Shown one piece after another: positions 1 through 11,132 of a stretch of 64,000 bases of DNA (positions within the stretch are counted from its first letter, which is position 1; each line of letters starts with the position of its first letter). The position numbers and the translations under genes were made by a program. The stretch lies in assembly GCF_016903815.1 (NCBI RefSeq), contig NZ_CP069973.1; one strand, given 5' to 3'. The notes beneath the pieces were generated by a model. That model did no database searches. It was not told the origin of the DNA and was given only the letters and a program-made list of their open reading frames with translations. Source of the stretch: Escherichia coli (lineage in GTDB: Bacteria; Pseudomonadota; Gammaproteobacteria; Enterobacterales; Enterobacteriaceae).

Positions 1-19
1 GGACTCGCAAATTCCCCTT

Positions 20-54
20 GAAAATACTCCGGTAGCGTTAGCCACCGGAGGGGG
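20..54 (-). terminator. putative intrinsic terminator downstream of hisP
   Basis: Inverted repeat ctccggt(27-33)/accggag(44-50) just 3' of the hisP stop on the minus strand, followed by a T-rich tract (tatttt) on that strand. Confidence 0.5.
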
Positions 55-56
55 AA

Positions 57-830
57 TTATTTCAGCGATCCCTTAAGGAACTGTTGCAGACGAGGGCTTT
101 GCGGGTTACCAAATAACTGTTCTGGCGCGCCCTCTTCTTCTATTTTCCCCTGATGGAGGAAAATGACGTGAGTAGAAACATGGCGAGCAAAGCCCATTTC
201 GTGAGTCACTACCACCATGGTTTTCCCCTCTTCTGCCAATTGCTGCATAATACGTAACACTTCGCCTACCAGTTCAGGATCGAGCGCCGAGGTAGGTTCA
301 TCAAACAGTAAAACTTCCGGTTCCATCGCCAGCGCCCGCGCGATAGAAACACGCTGTTGCTGACCACCGGACAGGTGCACCGGGTATTTCCCCTGCGCAC
401 GTTCGTCTATCCCGACTTTCGCCAGATACTTCACCGCCCGCTCGCGCGCTTCCTGCTTGCTCAGGCCCAACACCTGAATCGGCGCTTCCATGACGTTTTC
501 CAGCACCGTCATATGGCTCCAGAGATTGAAGTGCTGGAATACCATCGTCAGGCGTGTGCGCAGTAAGCGCAGCTGATTTTTATCGGCGACTTTGAGTTGA
601 CCGTCTTTGTCGCGCACCAGATTGATCGTCTGGCCGTTAACCACGATCGATCCTTCGCTCGGTTTTTCGAGGAAGTTAATGCAGCGCAGAAAGGTACTTT
701 TCCCCGATCCCGACGATCCGATGATGCTTATGACATCTCCGGCATTCGCTTGCAGTGAGACCCCTTTCAGCACTTCGTGTTCGCCGTAGCGTTTGTGCAA
801 ATCGATAACGTTTAATTTATTCTCGGACAT
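57..830 (-). CDS. hisP: histidine/lysine/arginine/ornithine ABC transporter ATP-binding protein HisP
   Basis: 257-aa ORF with Walker [13 protein letters not shown] signature LSGGQQQR and Walker [12 protein letters not shown]. Matches HisP as recalled. Last gene of the argT-hisJQMP cluster. Confidence 0.97.
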   Translation of the reverse strand: MSENKLNVIDLHKRYGEHEVLKGVSLQANAGDVISIIGSSGSGKSTFLRCINFLEKPSEGSIVVNGQTINLVRDKDGQLKVADKNQLRLLRTRLTMVFQHFNLWSHMTVLENVMEAPIQVLGLSKQEARERAVKYLAKVGIDERAQGKYPVHLSGGQQQRVSIARALAMEPEVLLFDEPTSALDPELVGEVLRIMQQLAEEGKTMVVVTHEMGFARHVSTHVIFLHQGKIEEEGAPEQLFGNPQSPRLQQFLKGSLK

Positions 831-837
831 CGTATTC

Positions 838-1554
838 TCAGTGCGTTGAAGAAGGTTTCACATGCTGCAACCAGCGTTTTTCCGCTCTGCGAAAGAGGCT
901 GATCAGGACATAAGAGATGATTAAATAGAGCACCGCGGCAATGCCGAAGGCGGTAAAAGGTTGATACGTGGCGGCGTTAATATCGCGGGCTATTTTCAGC
1001 AGATCCGGCACAGTAGCGGTGAAAGCCAGCGCAGTAGAGTGCAGCATCAGGATCACTTCGTTGCTGTAGGCCGGTAACGCAATACGCAGCGCCGATGGCA
1101 AAATAATGCAGCGATACATTTTAAAGGTCGAGAAGCCATAGGCTCTGGCGGCTTCGATTTCCCCATGCGGCACTGAACGGATCGCTCCGGCAAAAATCTC
1201 GGTGGTGTAAGCACAGGTGTTAAGCGTCAGCGCCAGCACGGTACAGTTCAGGCCACTGCGAAAAAAGGCGTTAAGAAACTCGGTCCCCTTAACAATCTCC
1301 AGCGTATACATGCCGGAATAGAACACCAGCAACTGAACATACAGCGGCGTACCGCGAAAAATATAGGTAAATAACCAGATTGGAAACTGGATGTATTTAT
1401 TACTGGAGACACGACCAATCGCCAGAAACAGCGCCAGAACTCCGCCTATCACTACCGACAAAATCAGCAGCCACAGGGTGATCGCCACGCCAGTAAAGCG
1501 ATAACCGTCGGTCCACAACAACGGTTTCCAGTATTCATGTAAGATTTCGATCAC
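838..1554 (-). CDS. hisM: polar amino-acid ABC transporter permease HisM
   Basis: 238-aa multi-TM ORF with permease EAA-type loop (EAARAYGFS). Sits between hisP and hisQ and overlaps hisQ by 4 nt. Confidence 0.95.
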   Translation of the reverse strand: MIEILHEYWKPLLWTDGYRFTGVAITLWLLILSVVIGGVLALFLAIGRVSSNKYIQFPIWLFTYIFRGTPLYVQLLVFYSGMYTLEIVKGTEFLNAFFRSGLNCTVLALTLNTCAYTTEIFAGAIRSVPHGEIEAARAYGFSTFKMYRCIILPSALRIALPAYSNEVILMLHSTALAFTATVPDLLKIARDINAATYQPFTAFGIAAVLYLIISYVLISLFRRAEKRWLQHVKPSSTH

Positions 1555-2237
1555 AGGTCAGCCCTCTTCACACCCACGGAGTAGCGGCGCTCAAGGACCA
1601 GCAGCACACCATTGGAAACAGTGGTGAAAACCAGGTAAATCACGCCACAGACGATGGCGAAATAGAACGGTTCCCAGGTACTTTTGCCTGCCAGCTGCGT
1701 GGCTTTGACCACATCTTCCAGGCCAAGTAACGAAACCAGAGCGGTAGATTTGAGGATCACCTGCCAGTTGTTGCCAATGCCTGGCAGGGCGTAACGCATC
1801 ATCGCCGGAAACATGATCCGCCGAAACACTTGCCCACGAGTGAAACCGAACGCCGTCGCCGCCTCTATATGTCCTTTCGGCACTGCCATAAAAGCGCCAC
1901 GGAACGTTTCGGTAAAATAAGCACCGTAGATAAAACCGAGAGTAATAATACCAGCGACCATCGGATCGATATCAATCTGCCCGACGCCCATCGCCTCCGT
2001 CACCGTGTTTAGTGCAATCTGCAAACCGTAGAAAATTAGCAGCATCAACACCAAGTCCGGCACGCCTCGAATCAGCGTGGTGTACCCTTCGAAAATCAGC
2101 CCCGAAAGCCGATTTTGCGAGAGCTTACCGCCAGCGCCAATTAAACCGATGATTACAGCGAGCACTACAGAGCTGATAGCCAGCTCCAGCGTGACGAGCG
2201 CACCCTGTAAAATAACACCTGAAAACCCATACAACAT
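1551..2237 (-). CDS. hisQ: polar amino-acid ABC transporter permease HisQ
   Basis: 228-aa multi-TM ORF with EAA-type loop (EAATAFGFT). Operon position matches hisQ. Confidence 0.95.
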   Translation of the reverse strand: MLYGFSGVILQGALVTLELAISSVVLAVIIGLIGAGGKLSQNRLSGLIFEGYTTLIRGVPDLVLMLLIFYGLQIALNTVTEAMGVGQIDIDPMVAGIITLGFIYGAYFTETFRGAFMAVPKGHIEAATAFGFTRGQVFRRIMFPAMMRYALPGIGNNWQVILKSTALVSLLGLEDVVKATQLAGKSTWEPFYFAIVCGVIYLVFTTVSNGVLLVLERRYSVGVKRADL

Positions 2238-2326
2238 GCTGCCTGTCCTGTCGTGTGTGGTGAATTACCGCCTCTTGTCTCCCTCCGGTTACCCGAAGGG
2301 AGCGGACTTTCTTTCACCGATGGCGA

Positions 2327-3109
2327 TTAACCACCATAAACATCAAAATCGAAGTACTTTTTCGCTAATTTCTCGTAAGTACCGTCAGCGCGCATTTCGG
2401 CAAAGGCTTTGTTCAGTGCCTCGCGCAGTTCGTTATCTTCTTTACGCAGGCCCATGCCGGTCCCTACGCCAAACAGTTTTTCATCTTTAACAGACGGACC
2501 ACCGAATTTGTAATCTTTACCGACGGGTTGTTTGAGGAAACCTTCGCTGGCTGCGACCTCATCCTGGAACGCGGCATCAATACGTCCGGCAGTCAGGTCA
2601 GAATAAATATTGTCCTGCCCCTGATAAGAAACGATTTCAATGCCTTTTGGTGCCCAGTGTTCGTTACCGAACGTCTCCTGGGTGGTGCCCTGCAATACGC
2701 CTACCCGTTTGCCTTTCAGCGATTCGACTGTCGGCTGAATGTCGGAATTTTTCGCCACCACCAGACGAGAATCGGCTGCGTATAGTTTGTCGGTGAATGC
2801 TATTTCTTGCTGACGTTTTTCCGTAATGGAAAGCGATGACATGATGGCGTCAATCTTCTTCGCTTTTAAGGACGGGATTAACGCATCCAGTGGGTTTTCG
2901 ACAAACGTACATTGCGTATTGATGCGTTTGCACAACTCCTTTGCCAGATCGATATCGAAGCCAACCAGTTCACCTTGTGAATTTTTTGATTCAAATGGCG
3001 CATAGGTCGGATCGGTACCGATGCGGATGTTTTGCGGAATCGCAGCAAACGCCACAGTTGCGCTGGAGAAGGCCAGAACCAGAGAGAGCGATAGCACCAG
3101 TTTTTTCAT
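2327..3109 (-). CDS. hisJ: periplasmic histidine-binding protein HisJ
   Basis: 260 aa with signal peptide [22 protein letters not shown]. Family-3 periplasmic binding protein, a clear paralog of the adjacent argT product. Confidence 0.95.
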   Translation of the reverse strand: MKKLVLSLSLVLAFSSATVAFAAIPQNIRIGTDPTYAPFESKNSQGELVGFDIDLAKELCKRINTQCTFVENPLDALIPSLKAKKIDAIMSSLSITEKRQQEIAFTDKLYAADSRLVVAKNSDIQPTVESLKGKRVGVLQGTTQETFGNEHWAPKGIEIVSYQGQDNIYSDLTAGRIDAAFQDEVAASEGFLKQPVGKDYKFGGPSVKDEKLFGVGTGMGLRKEDNELREALNKAFAEMRADGTYEKLAKKYFDFDVYGG

Positions 3110-3329
3110 AATGTCCTCAACTGACAGTCTTTTTATAGGGAATATTTACAGGTTTGTTACACTTATCGTGCCATAAAATTGACCATCAAGGCAAAATATC
3201 CCGCCCCGTTAGACGTATTATTTTTCATTAAAAATGCTTAAGTATGCATTTCAATGCACCACGATAGTGCAACAAACCTGCCGTGCACCATGATGATCAT
3301 TCCATCAGGTACAGCTTCCCTGCGACGTA

Positions 3330-4112
3330 TCAGTCACCGTAGACATTAAAGTCAAAATACTTTTTCGCCATCTTGTCGTAGGTGCCGTCCTGACGCAGCT
3401 CGCCAAGCGCCTTATTAAACGCCGCCGTCAGTTCCGCATCATCTTTACGTAGCCCTACACCGGTGCCGTCACCGAAGTATTTTTTGTCTTTCACTGATGA
3501 GCCAGCAAAGGCGAAGTCTTTACCAGCAGGTTGCTTGAGGAATCCTTCGCTGGCAGCAACTTCATCTTGTAACGCAGCATCCAGACGTCCTGCAGCCAGA
3601 TCGGAATAGACCAAATCCTGGTTGGCATAGGCCACCACATCCACACCTTTGCTACGCCAGGTCTCGTTAGCGTAAGCTTCCTGGGTTGATCCCTGCAGCA
3701 CACCAACATGTTTACCTTTCAGTGAATCCAGCGTTGGCTGAATCGGCGAACCTTTGGCGGCAATCAAACGAGAATCTGCGGCGTACAGCTTGTCGGAGAA
3801 AGCAATCTCCTGCTGACGTTTATCGGTAATGGAAAGCGACGAAATAATGGCGTCGATTTTTTTCGCTTTCAGTGAGGGGATCAGCGCGTCAAAGTCACTG
3901 GCAACCCAGGTACATTTCACCTGCATCCGTTTGCACATCTCGTTACCGAGATCGATATCAAAGCCAACAAAGTCACCTTTGGCATCTTTCGATGAGAACG
4001 GCGCATAGGTGGTATCAGTTCCGATACGTACCGTCTCCGGTAGCGCCGCATAGCTGGAAGCCGCTGCGGAGAGACCGACTAACAAAGACAGAGCGAGAAT
4101 CGACTTCTTCAT
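3330..4112 (-). CDS. argT: periplasmic lysine/arginine/ornithine-binding protein ArgT
   Basis: 260 aa with signal peptide [22 protein letters not shown]. Paralog of HisJ, in the position upstream of hisJQMP. Confidence 0.95.
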   Translation of the reverse strand: MKKSILALSLLVGLSAAASSYAALPETVRIGTDTTYAPFSSKDAKGDFVGFDIDLGNEMCKRMQVKCTWVASDFDALIPSLKAKKIDAIISSLSITDKRQQEIAFSDKLYAADSRLIAAKGSPIQPTLDSLKGKHVGVLQGSTQEAYANETWRSKGVDVVAYANQDLVYSDLAAGRLDAALQDEVAASEGFLKQPAGKDFAFAGSSVKDKKYFGDGTGVGLRKDDAELTAAFNKALGELRQDGTYDKMAKKYFDFNVYGD

Positions 4113-4180
4113 ACATAACCCTCAAGTGAAAATGGCTTTTTTATGTTGTGTATTGTGTTGTGTGTTTGCAGGCTCTTTCA

Positions 4181-4196
4181 TGCAGGTCTTATGCCA
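4181..4196 (-). promoter_or_regulatory. sigma54 (-24/-12) promoter of argT
   Basis: The minus strand reads TGGCATAAGACCTGCA, which has the GG-N10-GC spacing of the TGGCAC-N5-TTGCA consensus. It lies about 70 nt upstream of the argT ATG. argT is a known Ntr-regulated gene. Confidence 0.65.
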
Positions 4197-4377
4197 TCTT
4201 TACGACAGCAGTAACATTCAACGTTAAACATGTTAATAAGACGTTGCATTATTGTCCTGAAGTTGAAGATAGCAGGTATGGCGGTTGAATCGCAGCGTTT
4301 CGATTCATCGAAAGGAACAAAATGTCGAGGATTTGATCGCGGTTGCAAAATTGCCCTGAAACAGGGCAACAGCGGAG

Positions 4378-4947
4378 TTATGCGCCCTGCCAGCGGGCAA
4401 AGAGATCTTCAGGAAGCGTTATGGCGAATTGATCGAGTACACGGTTAACCGTCTGATTTATCACATCATCAAGGGATTGCGGGCGATGATAAAACGCCGG
4501 AACGGGAGGCATAATCACCGCACCGATTTCTGCTGCCTGAGTCATTAAACGCAGATGGCCTAAGTGCAATGGTGTTTCACGTACGCAGAGCACCAACGGG
4601 CGACGCTCTTTCAGCACCACATCTGCCGCACGGGTCAGTAAGCCATCAGTATAGCTATGGACAATGCCGGACAGGGTTTTGATTGAACAGGGTAAAATCA
4701 CCATCCCCAGTGTCTGGAAAGAACCGGAAGAAATGCTGGCAGCAATATCGCGCGCATCGTGCGTCACATCGGCTGATGCCTGCACTTCGCGCAGGGAAAA
4801 ATCCGTTTCGAGGGATAAGGTCTGGCGCGCGGCCTGGCTCATCACCAAATGCGTTTCAACATCTGCGACATCGCGCAGAACCTGTAATAAGCGCACGCCA
4901 TAAATCGCGCCGCTGGCACCGCTGATGCCTACAATGAGTCGTTTCAT
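4378..4947 (-). CDS. ubiX: flavin prenyltransferase UbiX
   Basis: 189-aa ORF with N-terminal flavoprotein fold motif GISGASGAIYG. Synteny next to purF. Confidence 0.95.
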   Translation of the reverse strand: MKRLIVGISGASGAIYGVRLLQVLRDVADVETHLVMSQAARQTLSLETDFSLREVQASADVTHDARDIAASISSGSFQTLGMVILPCSIKTLSGIVHSYTDGLLTRAADVVLKERRPLVLCVRETPLHLGHLRLMTQAAEIGAVIMPPVPAFYHRPQSLDDVINQTVNRVLDQFAITLPEDLFARWQGA

Positions 4948-5041
4948 AAATAGTTGCCCTGTCAGACTTGCAGGCAGACTTTGCAGGATTTCGGCGGGAG
5001 TTGCAAGTCAGGGTGCCAGACCGGCACCCTGAGCGAAGGCA

Positions 5042-6559
5042 TCATCCTTCGTTATGCATTTCGAGATTTTCCACTTCGTTCTGACGTTGCACTGCTTTGG
5101 CGTCATCATTACGTAACGTATCGAGGAAATCGAGGTAGCCCTGATCAACATCTTTGGTGACGTAGACGCCGTTGAACACCGAACACTCAAACTGCTGAAT
5201 ATCCGGGTTTTCAGCGCGAACGGCTTCGATCAGATCGTTCAGATCCTGGAAAATCAACCCGTCAGCACCGATGATCTGGCGAATTTCATCTACTTCGCGA
5301 CCGTGAGCGATAAGCTCCGTAGCGCTCGGCATATCGATACCGTAAACGTTCGGGAAGCGAATCTCCGGTGCCGCAGAAGCGAGGTACACTTTCTTCGCTC
5401 CGGCTTCGCGTGCCATCTCGATAATCTGCTCAGAAGTGGTGCCACGGACGATGGAGTCGTCGACCAGCAGGACGTTTTTATCGCGGAACTCGGCGCGGTT
5501 GGCGTTCAGCTTACGGCGCACGGACTTACGACGCAGTTGCTGACCCGGCATGATGAAGGTACGGCCTACATAGCGGTTTTTAACGAAGCCCTGACGGTAC
5601 GGTTTGCCCAGAATACGAGCAATTTCCAGCGCGATATCACATGAGGTTTCCGGGATCGGGATCACCACGTCGATATCCAGATCTTCCCATTCGCGGGCAA
5701 TTTTCTCGCCCAGCTTCGTGCCCATATTCACACGCGCGCTGTAAACGGAAATTTTGTCGATGAACGAGTCCGGGCGAGCAAAGTATACATACTCAAACAG
5801 GCACGGATTGCTGACCGGATTGTCAGCACATTGACGGGTAAACAACTGCCCTTCTTCAGTGATGTAAATCGCTTCGCCCGGCGCGACGTCACGCAGGAAA
5901 TCAAAGCCTAGTGTATCGAGCGCAACGCTTTCGGAAGCGACCATATATTCTGTGCGGTTCTCGTCAATATCACGTTTTCCCAGTACCAGCGGACGAATAC
6001 CGTTAGGATCGCGGAAAGCAACCATACCGTGGCCGATAATCATCGCCACACAGGCATACGCGCCGCGGATTAAGCGGTTTGTGGCAGCAATGGCAGCGAA
6101 AATATTGTCGGCTTCCAGCGGGTAGTGGCGGAAGTTGTCCAGCTCGCTGGCGAAGATATTAAGCAGAATCTCCGAGTCGGAAGTGGTATTGATGTGGCGG
6201 CGTTTTTCTTCAAACAGTTTTTTACGCAACTCGTGAGCGTTGGTCAGATTGCCGTTGTGGGCAAGCGTAATGCCATACGGAGAGTTAACGTAAAACGGCT
6301 GCGCTTCAGAGGCGCTGGAGCTGCCAGCCGTAGGGTAACGCACATGACCAATGCCCATATTGCCCTGCAAACGCTGCATATGGCGAGCTTCAAATACATC
6401 GCTCACCAGCCCGTTCGCTTTACGCAAACGGAAGCAGTTATTGGCATCTATGGTGATGATGCCGGCGGCATCCTGACCGCGATGCTGAAGCACCGTTAAG
6501 GCATCATAAATCGACTGGTTAACCGGCATAACACCGGCGATACCGACAATACCGCACAT
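5042..6559 (-). CDS. purF: amidophosphoribosyltransferase PurF
   Basis: 505 aa starting MCGIVG (Ntn Cys nucleophile), with PRTase motif [13 protein letters not shown]. Confidence 0.97.
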   Translation of the reverse strand: MCGIVGIAGVMPVNQSIYDALTVLQHRGQDAAGIITIDANNCFRLRKANGLVSDVFEARHMQRLQGNMGIGHVRYPTAGSSSASEAQPFYVNSPYGITLAHNGNLTNAHELRKKLFEEKRRHINTTSDSEILLNIFASELDNFRHYPLEADNIFAAIAATNRLIRGAYACVAMIIGHGMVAFRDPNGIRPLVLGKRDIDENRTEYMVASESVALDTLGFDFLRDVAPGEAIYITEEGQLFTRQCADNPVSNPCLFEYVYFARPDSFIDKISVYSARVNMGTKLGEKIAREWEDLDIDVVIPIPETSCDIALEIARILGKPYRQGFVKNRYVGRTFIMPGQQLRRKSVRRKLNANRAEFRDKNVLLVDDSIVRGTTSEQIIEMAREAGAKKVYLASAAPEIRFPNVYGIDMPSATELIAHGREVDEIRQIIGADGLIFQDLNDLIEAVRAENPDIQQFECSVFNGVYVTKDVDQGYLDFLDTLRNDDAKAVQRQNEVENLEMHNEG

Positions 6560-6595
6560 ACGTCTTTTTCCTCGTTAAGCCACATCTCAGAGCAC

Positions 6596-7084
6596 TTACG
6601 CTCTGGGCAAGAAACTTGACGAGCTTTGCAGATAATCAAAAAACCATCTGATGATAAAACTGAACTGCGGGATCAGCTGTGATTTGCTCCAGTCTTCGCT
6701 TTTCGACACCCCGGTAAAGGAGTCGAGAAAGAAGAGAATGGCGGCAACAATCAACACACCGCGCAACGCACCGAAACAGACGCCCAGCACCCGATCGGTG
6801 CCTGACAACCCCGTTTTCTCCACCAACTGGCCTATCACGAAGTTCACGATAGCACCAACGATCAGGGTAGCGATAAACAGTACCGCGATGGCAATCCCAT
6901 TTCGAACCAGTTCGTCTTCAAAGCCCGTAAACCAGACTGACAGGTAAGTGTAGTAATGACTGGCAACAAAGAAAGCACAACCCCATGTCACCAGCGATAA
7001 CGCTTCACGAACAAAGCCGCGGATCAGGCTAACCAGAGAGGAAAAAGCAATCACCGCGATTATGGCGTAATCAATCCAGACCAT
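6596..7084 (-). CDS. cvpA: colicin V production / membrane protein CvpA
   Basis: 162-aa multi-TM ORF immediately upstream of purF in the same orientation (cvpA-purF operon). Confidence 0.93.
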   Translation of the reverse strand: MVWIDYAIIAVIAFSSLVSLIRGFVREALSLVTWGCAFFVASHYYTYLSVWFTGFEDELVRNGIAIAVLFIATLIVGAIVNFVIGQLVEKTGLSGTDRVLGVCFGALRGVLIVAAILFFLDSFTGVSKSEDWSKSQLIPQFSFIIRWFFDYLQSSSSFLPRA

Positions 7085-7140
7085 ATGTGTCCCACGATTT
7101 TACGCCCTGTCATCCTGTTCGGGGCGCATTCTAACAGAAA

Positions 7141-7156
7141 AAGAAAACGTTTGCGT
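7141..7156 (-). promoter_or_regulatory. PurR operator (PUR box) of the cvpA-purF operon
   Basis: The minus strand reads ACGCAAACGTTTTCTT, a 16-bp PUR-box palindrome (consensus ACGCAAACGTTTGCGT), 57 nt upstream of the cvpA ATG. Confidence 0.8.
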
Positions 7157-7249
7157 AGGGATTTCCTTCCCACGCATCAATAAAAATGGCGCTGAAAAAA
7201 TATTCAACGCCATCGACTTTTTATGCCTTTGCGGCATCGGGCAATGCGT

Positions 7250-7335
7250 GTCGGATGCGGCGTAAACGCCTTATCCGACCTACGTTTCTACTCCTGCGTA
7301 GGACTGATAAGACGCGCCAGCGTCGCATCAGATAA
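7250..7335. repeat. REP/BIME element (two inverted REP units)
   Basis: gtcggatgcggcgtaaacgccttatccgacctac followed by gtaggactgataagacgcgccagcgtcgcatcagataag. These are typical E. coli REP palindromes, here in the cvpA-dedD intergenic region. Confidence 0.85.
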
Positions 7336-7342
7336 GACCGTA

Positions 7343-7993
7343 TTAATTCGGCGTATAACCCATTACCACGCCACTTAAGCCAGAAAGTTGCTTCAACTCA
7401 CCCAGCGAACCTTTCAGCTTATCTTTCGAGGCATCTGGCCCAACCAGAATACGAGTAATTTTACCCTGCACTGGCGTGGATGGCGACGTATAAACCCGAT
7501 AACCGGCACCGCGCAGCTTACCGACAATCTCATTCACTTTATCGGCATTTTTCAGTGCGCCCAGTTGTACAACATAGGCTTTACCCGTTGGCGCTGCTTT
7601 TTCTTCCACGACCGGCTTCGGCGCAGGTGGTGCTTCAACCTTCGGTTTCGGCGGCTCTACCGGTTTCGGCTTCGGTGGGACGACCGGTGCAGGTTCCGGT
7701 TCAAACTCGGTGTTATTGGCTGCAATAGTGGCCGGATCGAGCGACGGTGCTGCGGCATCACCTGCCCGCACCTCTTCCGCTGCGCCTTCCGGCGGCTGCG
7801 TCGGCAGCGCCTGGGTGGCGGCTGGCATCATATCAGGCTCATCGCGATCGCCCGCTTTTGGCACCAGCGGGATAGCCGCGAACTCATCCTGATAATGTTT
7901 TTTCTGCCCGTCCAGCAGCCCTGGAAGTACAATCACCCCCAGCGCCACCAGCACGATCGTGCCCACTAACCGATTCTGAAACTTACTTGCCAC
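7343..7993 (-). CDS. dedD: cell-division SPOR-domain protein DedD
   Basis: N-terminal TM segment (LVGTIVLVALGVIVLPGLL), Pro/Lys-rich linker and C-terminal SPOR-like domain. The ORF track starts at a TTG at 8011. The GTG at 7993 gives MASKFQNRL as I recall for K-12. Overlaps the folC stop by 11 nt. Confidence 0.88.
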   Translation of the reverse strand: MASKFQNRLVGTIVLVALGVIVLPGLLDGQKKHYQDEFAAIPLVPKAGDRDEPDMMPAATQALPTQPPEGAAEEVRAGDAAAPSLDPATIAANNTEFEPEPAPVVPPKPKPVEPPKPKVEAPPAPKPVVEEKAAPTGKAYVVQLGALKNADKVNEIVGKLRGAGYRVYTSPSTPVQGKITRILVGPDASKDKLKGSLGELKQLSGLSGVVMGYTPN

Positions 7994-9251
7994 CGCTTCT
8001 CCTCGCGTCAATCACTTCCATGACATGTGCGACCGTGTGGAACGAACCACACACCAGCACGGTATCTTCCGCTTTAGCGTCCGCCATTGCGGCATCCCAT
8101 GCCTGCGCCACGCTATCAAATGATTTGCCGTTACCCAAATGCTCAAGCAGTTGTTCTGCCGTGGCACCGCGCGGCCCTTCCAGTGGCGCACAATACCAGT
8201 CATCAACCACGCTTTTCAACCAGGCCAGAGTTCCGGCAATATCTTTATCATGTAGCATACCGATAACCGCCAGCACGCGCCCGTTTTTCGGTAGCGCTTT
8301 CATACGCCCGGTGAGATATTCCGCCGCATGTGGATTATGCGCGACATCAAAAATAACGCGTGGTGACTCGCTCACAATCTGGAAACGTCCCGGCAAAATT
8401 GCGTTGGCAATCCCGTCGCGAATGGCATTTTCACTGACCTCCAGCCCGCTGGCACGCAGTGCCGCCAGCGCCGTTGCGGCATTCGGTTGCGGGACAAGCG
8501 GCAACGGCAGATTTTCCAGCGTGCCGTGAGCATCGCTAAACGCCCAGTCATGATCGGTGACGGAATAGTTCCACTCAACGCCCCGACGTTGTAACAGTGC
8601 ACTTTTTTCCTGCGCCACATCAGCAATGGTAGAAGGCATTTCCGGCTCACCGACAATTGCCGGTTTTTCGCTGCGGAAGATGCCTGCTTTCTCGCGACCA
8701 ATGCTTTCGCGATCTGGCCCCAGCCAGTCGGTATGATCCAGCGCAATGCTGGTTACTACCGCAACATCGGCATCGACAATATTGGTTGCGTCCAGACGAC
8801 CGCCCAGCCCTACTTCCAGAATCACCACGTCAAGTTGTGCCTGTTTGAACAGCCACAACGCCGACAGCGTACCGTACTCGAAATAGGTCAGGGAAATATC
8901 ACCGCGTGCCGATTCAATCTCCGCAAAAGAGGCGGTGTGGGCCGATTCCGGCAATTCCTGCCCCTGCACACGTACGCGCTCGGTATAACGCACCAGATGC
9001 GGTGAACTGTAGACGCCCACTTTGTACCCTGCCGCCATCAGAATCGACTCCAGCGTACGGCAGGTGGTGCCTTTGCCATTCGTACCCGCAACGGTAAACA
9101 CAAATGGCGCTGGTTTCAGAACGCCAAGACGCGCCGCGACCTGGCTCACGCGCTCAAGGCCGAGATCGATAGTTTTACTGTGCAGGTTTTCCAGATAAGA
9201 AAGCCACGAAGCCAGAGGCGACGCGGCTTGAGGAGTGCGTTTGATAATCAT
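7983..9251 (-). CDS. folC: dihydrofolate synthase / folylpolyglutamate synthase FolC
   Basis: 422 aa with Mur-ligase P-loop VAGTNGKGTT. Synteny accD-folC-dedD. Confidence 0.96.
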   Translation of the reverse strand: MIIKRTPQAASPLASWLSYLENLHSKTIDLGLERVSQVAARLGVLKPAPFVFTVAGTNGKGTTCRTLESILMAAGYKVGVYSSPHLVRYTERVRVQGQELPESAHTASFAEIESARGDISLTYFEYGTLSALWLFKQAQLDVVILEVGLGGRLDATNIVDADVAVVTSIALDHTDWLGPDRESIGREKAGIFRSEKPAIVGEPEMPSTIADVAQEKSALLQRRGVEWNYSVTDHDWAFSDAHGTLENLPLPLVPQPNAATALAALRASGLEVSENAIRDGIANAILPGRFQIVSESPRVIFDVAHNPHAAEYLTGRMKALPKNGRVLAVIGMLHDKDIAGTLAWLKSVVDDWYCAPLEGPRGATAEQLLEHLGNGKSFDSVAQAWDAAMADAKAEDTVLVCGSFHTVAHVMEVIDARRSGGK

Positions 9252-9281
9252 GGTATCCGCTGATTCGTTACGGTGAGAATA

Positions 9282-9312
9282 GCAAAAGGGCAGAGCCAGT
9301 GGCCCTGCCCTT
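9282..9312 (-). terminator. putative terminator/attenuator between accD and folC
   Basis: 12-bp stem aagggcagagcc/ggccctgccctt (1 mismatch) right after the accD stop, followed on the minus strand by ttttgc. Confidence 0.5.
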
Positions 9313-9320
9313 ATCAGTTA

Positions 9321-10235
9321 TCAGGCCTCAGGTTCCTGATCTGGTACCGGTGGCACCACTACGCCTTCACGCGGCGCTTCAGGATTCGGCGCTGGCAGAT
9401 TCATCAACTTCGCCAGAATACTCGCCAGTTTCAGGCGCATTTCCGGACGACGGACGATCATGTCGATCGCGCCTTTCTCGATCAGGAATTCACTGCGCTG
9501 GAATCCTGGCGGCAGTTTTTCGCGAACGGTCTGTTCGATAACACGCGGACCGGCAAAGCCGATTAACGCTTTCGGTTCAGCGATGTTGAGATCGCCCAGC
9601 ATGGCGAAACTTGCAGAAACACCGCCCATGGTCGGGTCGGTCAGCACGGAGATGTACGGCAAGCCGCGCTCCTGCATTTTTGCCAGTGCCGCAGAGGTTT
9701 TCGCCATCTGCATCAGCGACATCAGTGCTTCCTGCATACGTGCGCCACCAGAGGCGGAGAAGCAGATCAGTGGGCAGTTATCTTCCAGCGCCTGCTCAAC
9801 GGCACGCACGAAACGTGCACCTACCACAGACCCCATGGAACCGCCCATAAAGGCGAACTCGAATGCCGCAGCGACAACCGGCATTCCATACAGGGTGCCT
9901 TTCATCACCACCAGCGCATCTTTTTCGCCGGTTTCTTTCTGCGCAGATGCCAGACGGTCTTTATACTTCTTGGAGTCACGAAACTTCAGCACATCTTTCG
10001 GCTCAAGCTCGCTACCCAACTCCACAAGGCTTCCTTCATCTAACAGGCTATGCAGGCGATTACGCGCTGTCATACGCATGTGATGGTCACACTTCGGACA
10101 GACCTCAAGATTACGTTCCAGCTCAGCGCGGTATAAAACCTGACCGCAGCTATCACACTTAGTCCACACCCCTTCAGGAATGCTCGCCTTGCGGGTGGGA
10201 GTAATGTTGCTTTTAATTCGTTCAATCCAGCTCAT
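9321..10235 (-). CDS. accD: acetyl-CoA carboxylase carboxyltransferase beta subunit AccD
   Basis: The ORF-track frame extends to 10319, but the ATG at 10235 gives [10 protein letters not shown] (304 aa) as in AccD. Zn-ribbon CDSCGQ...CPKCDHH is present. Confidence 0.95.
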
Positions 10236-10390
10236 TAGGGACCTTTCTGTCTGAACCTGGTTCGATGCCAGTTTTATCTTTGGGGACGCATAATGCCATT
10301 TTTGCCCCCAACAGACCATGAATGTTGCACATTAAAACATAACAGCCCGAAACTTTGGATAAAAAAGTGGTCGAACCGCGGAGTTACTTT

Positions 10391-11050
10391 TTATTTTGCG
10401 GCGCGTGCCGCAGCGCGTTTGTGGCGAATAAATTCGAAAACACCTGGCAATATTGAAACAAAAATAATGCCAACAATCATCAGTTTAAGGTTGCTCTGAA
10501 TGAAGGGGAGCGTTCCGAAGAAATAGCCTGCGTAGGTAAAAAGCAGTACCCACAACAGTGCGCCGATCACGTTATAAGCGGCGAAATGACGGTACGACAT
10601 GTGGCCCATTCCCGCAACAAACGGGGCGAACGTTCTGACGATCGGCACAAAACGGGCGAGAATAATCGTTTTGCCGCCATGTTTCTCATAAAACTGATGA
10701 GTCTTATCAAGATAACTGCGACGAAAGATTTTCGAATCCGGATTACTGAACAGTTTGTCACCAAATAACCGTCCAATGGTGTAGTTCACCGCGTCACCCA
10801 CAATCGCGGCGATCAGCATCAGCACCACCATCATATGGACGTTGAGATCGTTGGTTTCCAGTGATGCCAACGCACCGGCAACAAACAGCAATGAATCACC
10901 CGGTAAAAACGGCGTTACCACCAAACCGGTTTCACAGAACAAAATTAAGAACAAAATGGCATAAACCCAGACGCCATACTCCGCGACCAGTTCTGCCAGA
11001 TGCACGTCAATGTGCAGGATAAAATCGATGAGGAAATAAATCAGGTCCAT
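10391..11050 (-). CDS. dedA: DedA-family inner-membrane protein
   Basis: 219-aa multi-TM ORF; DedA/SNARE-associated family by recall and synteny. Confidence 0.93.
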   Translation of the reverse strand: MDLIYFLIDFILHIDVHLAELVAEYGVWVYAILFLILFCETGLVVTPFLPGDSLLFVAGALASLETNDLNVHMMVVLMLIAAIVGDAVNYTIGRLFGDKLFSNPDSKIFRRSYLDKTHQFYEKHGGKTIILARFVPIVRTFAPFVAGMGHMSYRHFAAYNVIGALLWVLLFTYAGYFFGTLPFIQSNLKLMIVGIIFVSILPGVFEFIRHKRAAARAAK

Positions 11051-11132
11051 ATTAGCCTATGCCTTGTACTCGTCATCTTTCAGGCTGTAACTACGTTGGC
11101 TACAGCCTGAAATGTTCCGAGCATTATTCTTG

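Noticed and set aside
3245-3261. sigma54-like motif upstream of hisJ (minus strand TGGTGCATTGAAATGCA)
   Set aside because: The GG-to-GC spacing is one nucleotide longer than the -24/-12 consensus, unlike the argT site at 4181-4196, so I do not call it a promoter.
7600-7760. Apparent tandem repeat in DNA (PKP/EPP-coding units) within dedD
   Set aside because: This is the Pro/Lys-rich linker of DedD, a known low-complexity region. The gene here seems about 4 codons shorter than my recollection of K-12, which is ordinary repeat-length polymorphism.
9321-10319. N-terminally extended ORF-track models: accD to 10319, prmB to 25028, mnmC from 18024, portal to 61912, dedD to 8011, yfcZ to 37223, int from 42960
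   Set aside because: The track takes the longest frame and includes TTG/GTG starts. Internal starts reproduce the N-termini I recall for these proteins, have better Shine-Dalgarno spacing, and avoid overlap with upstream genes. The extensions were trimmed.
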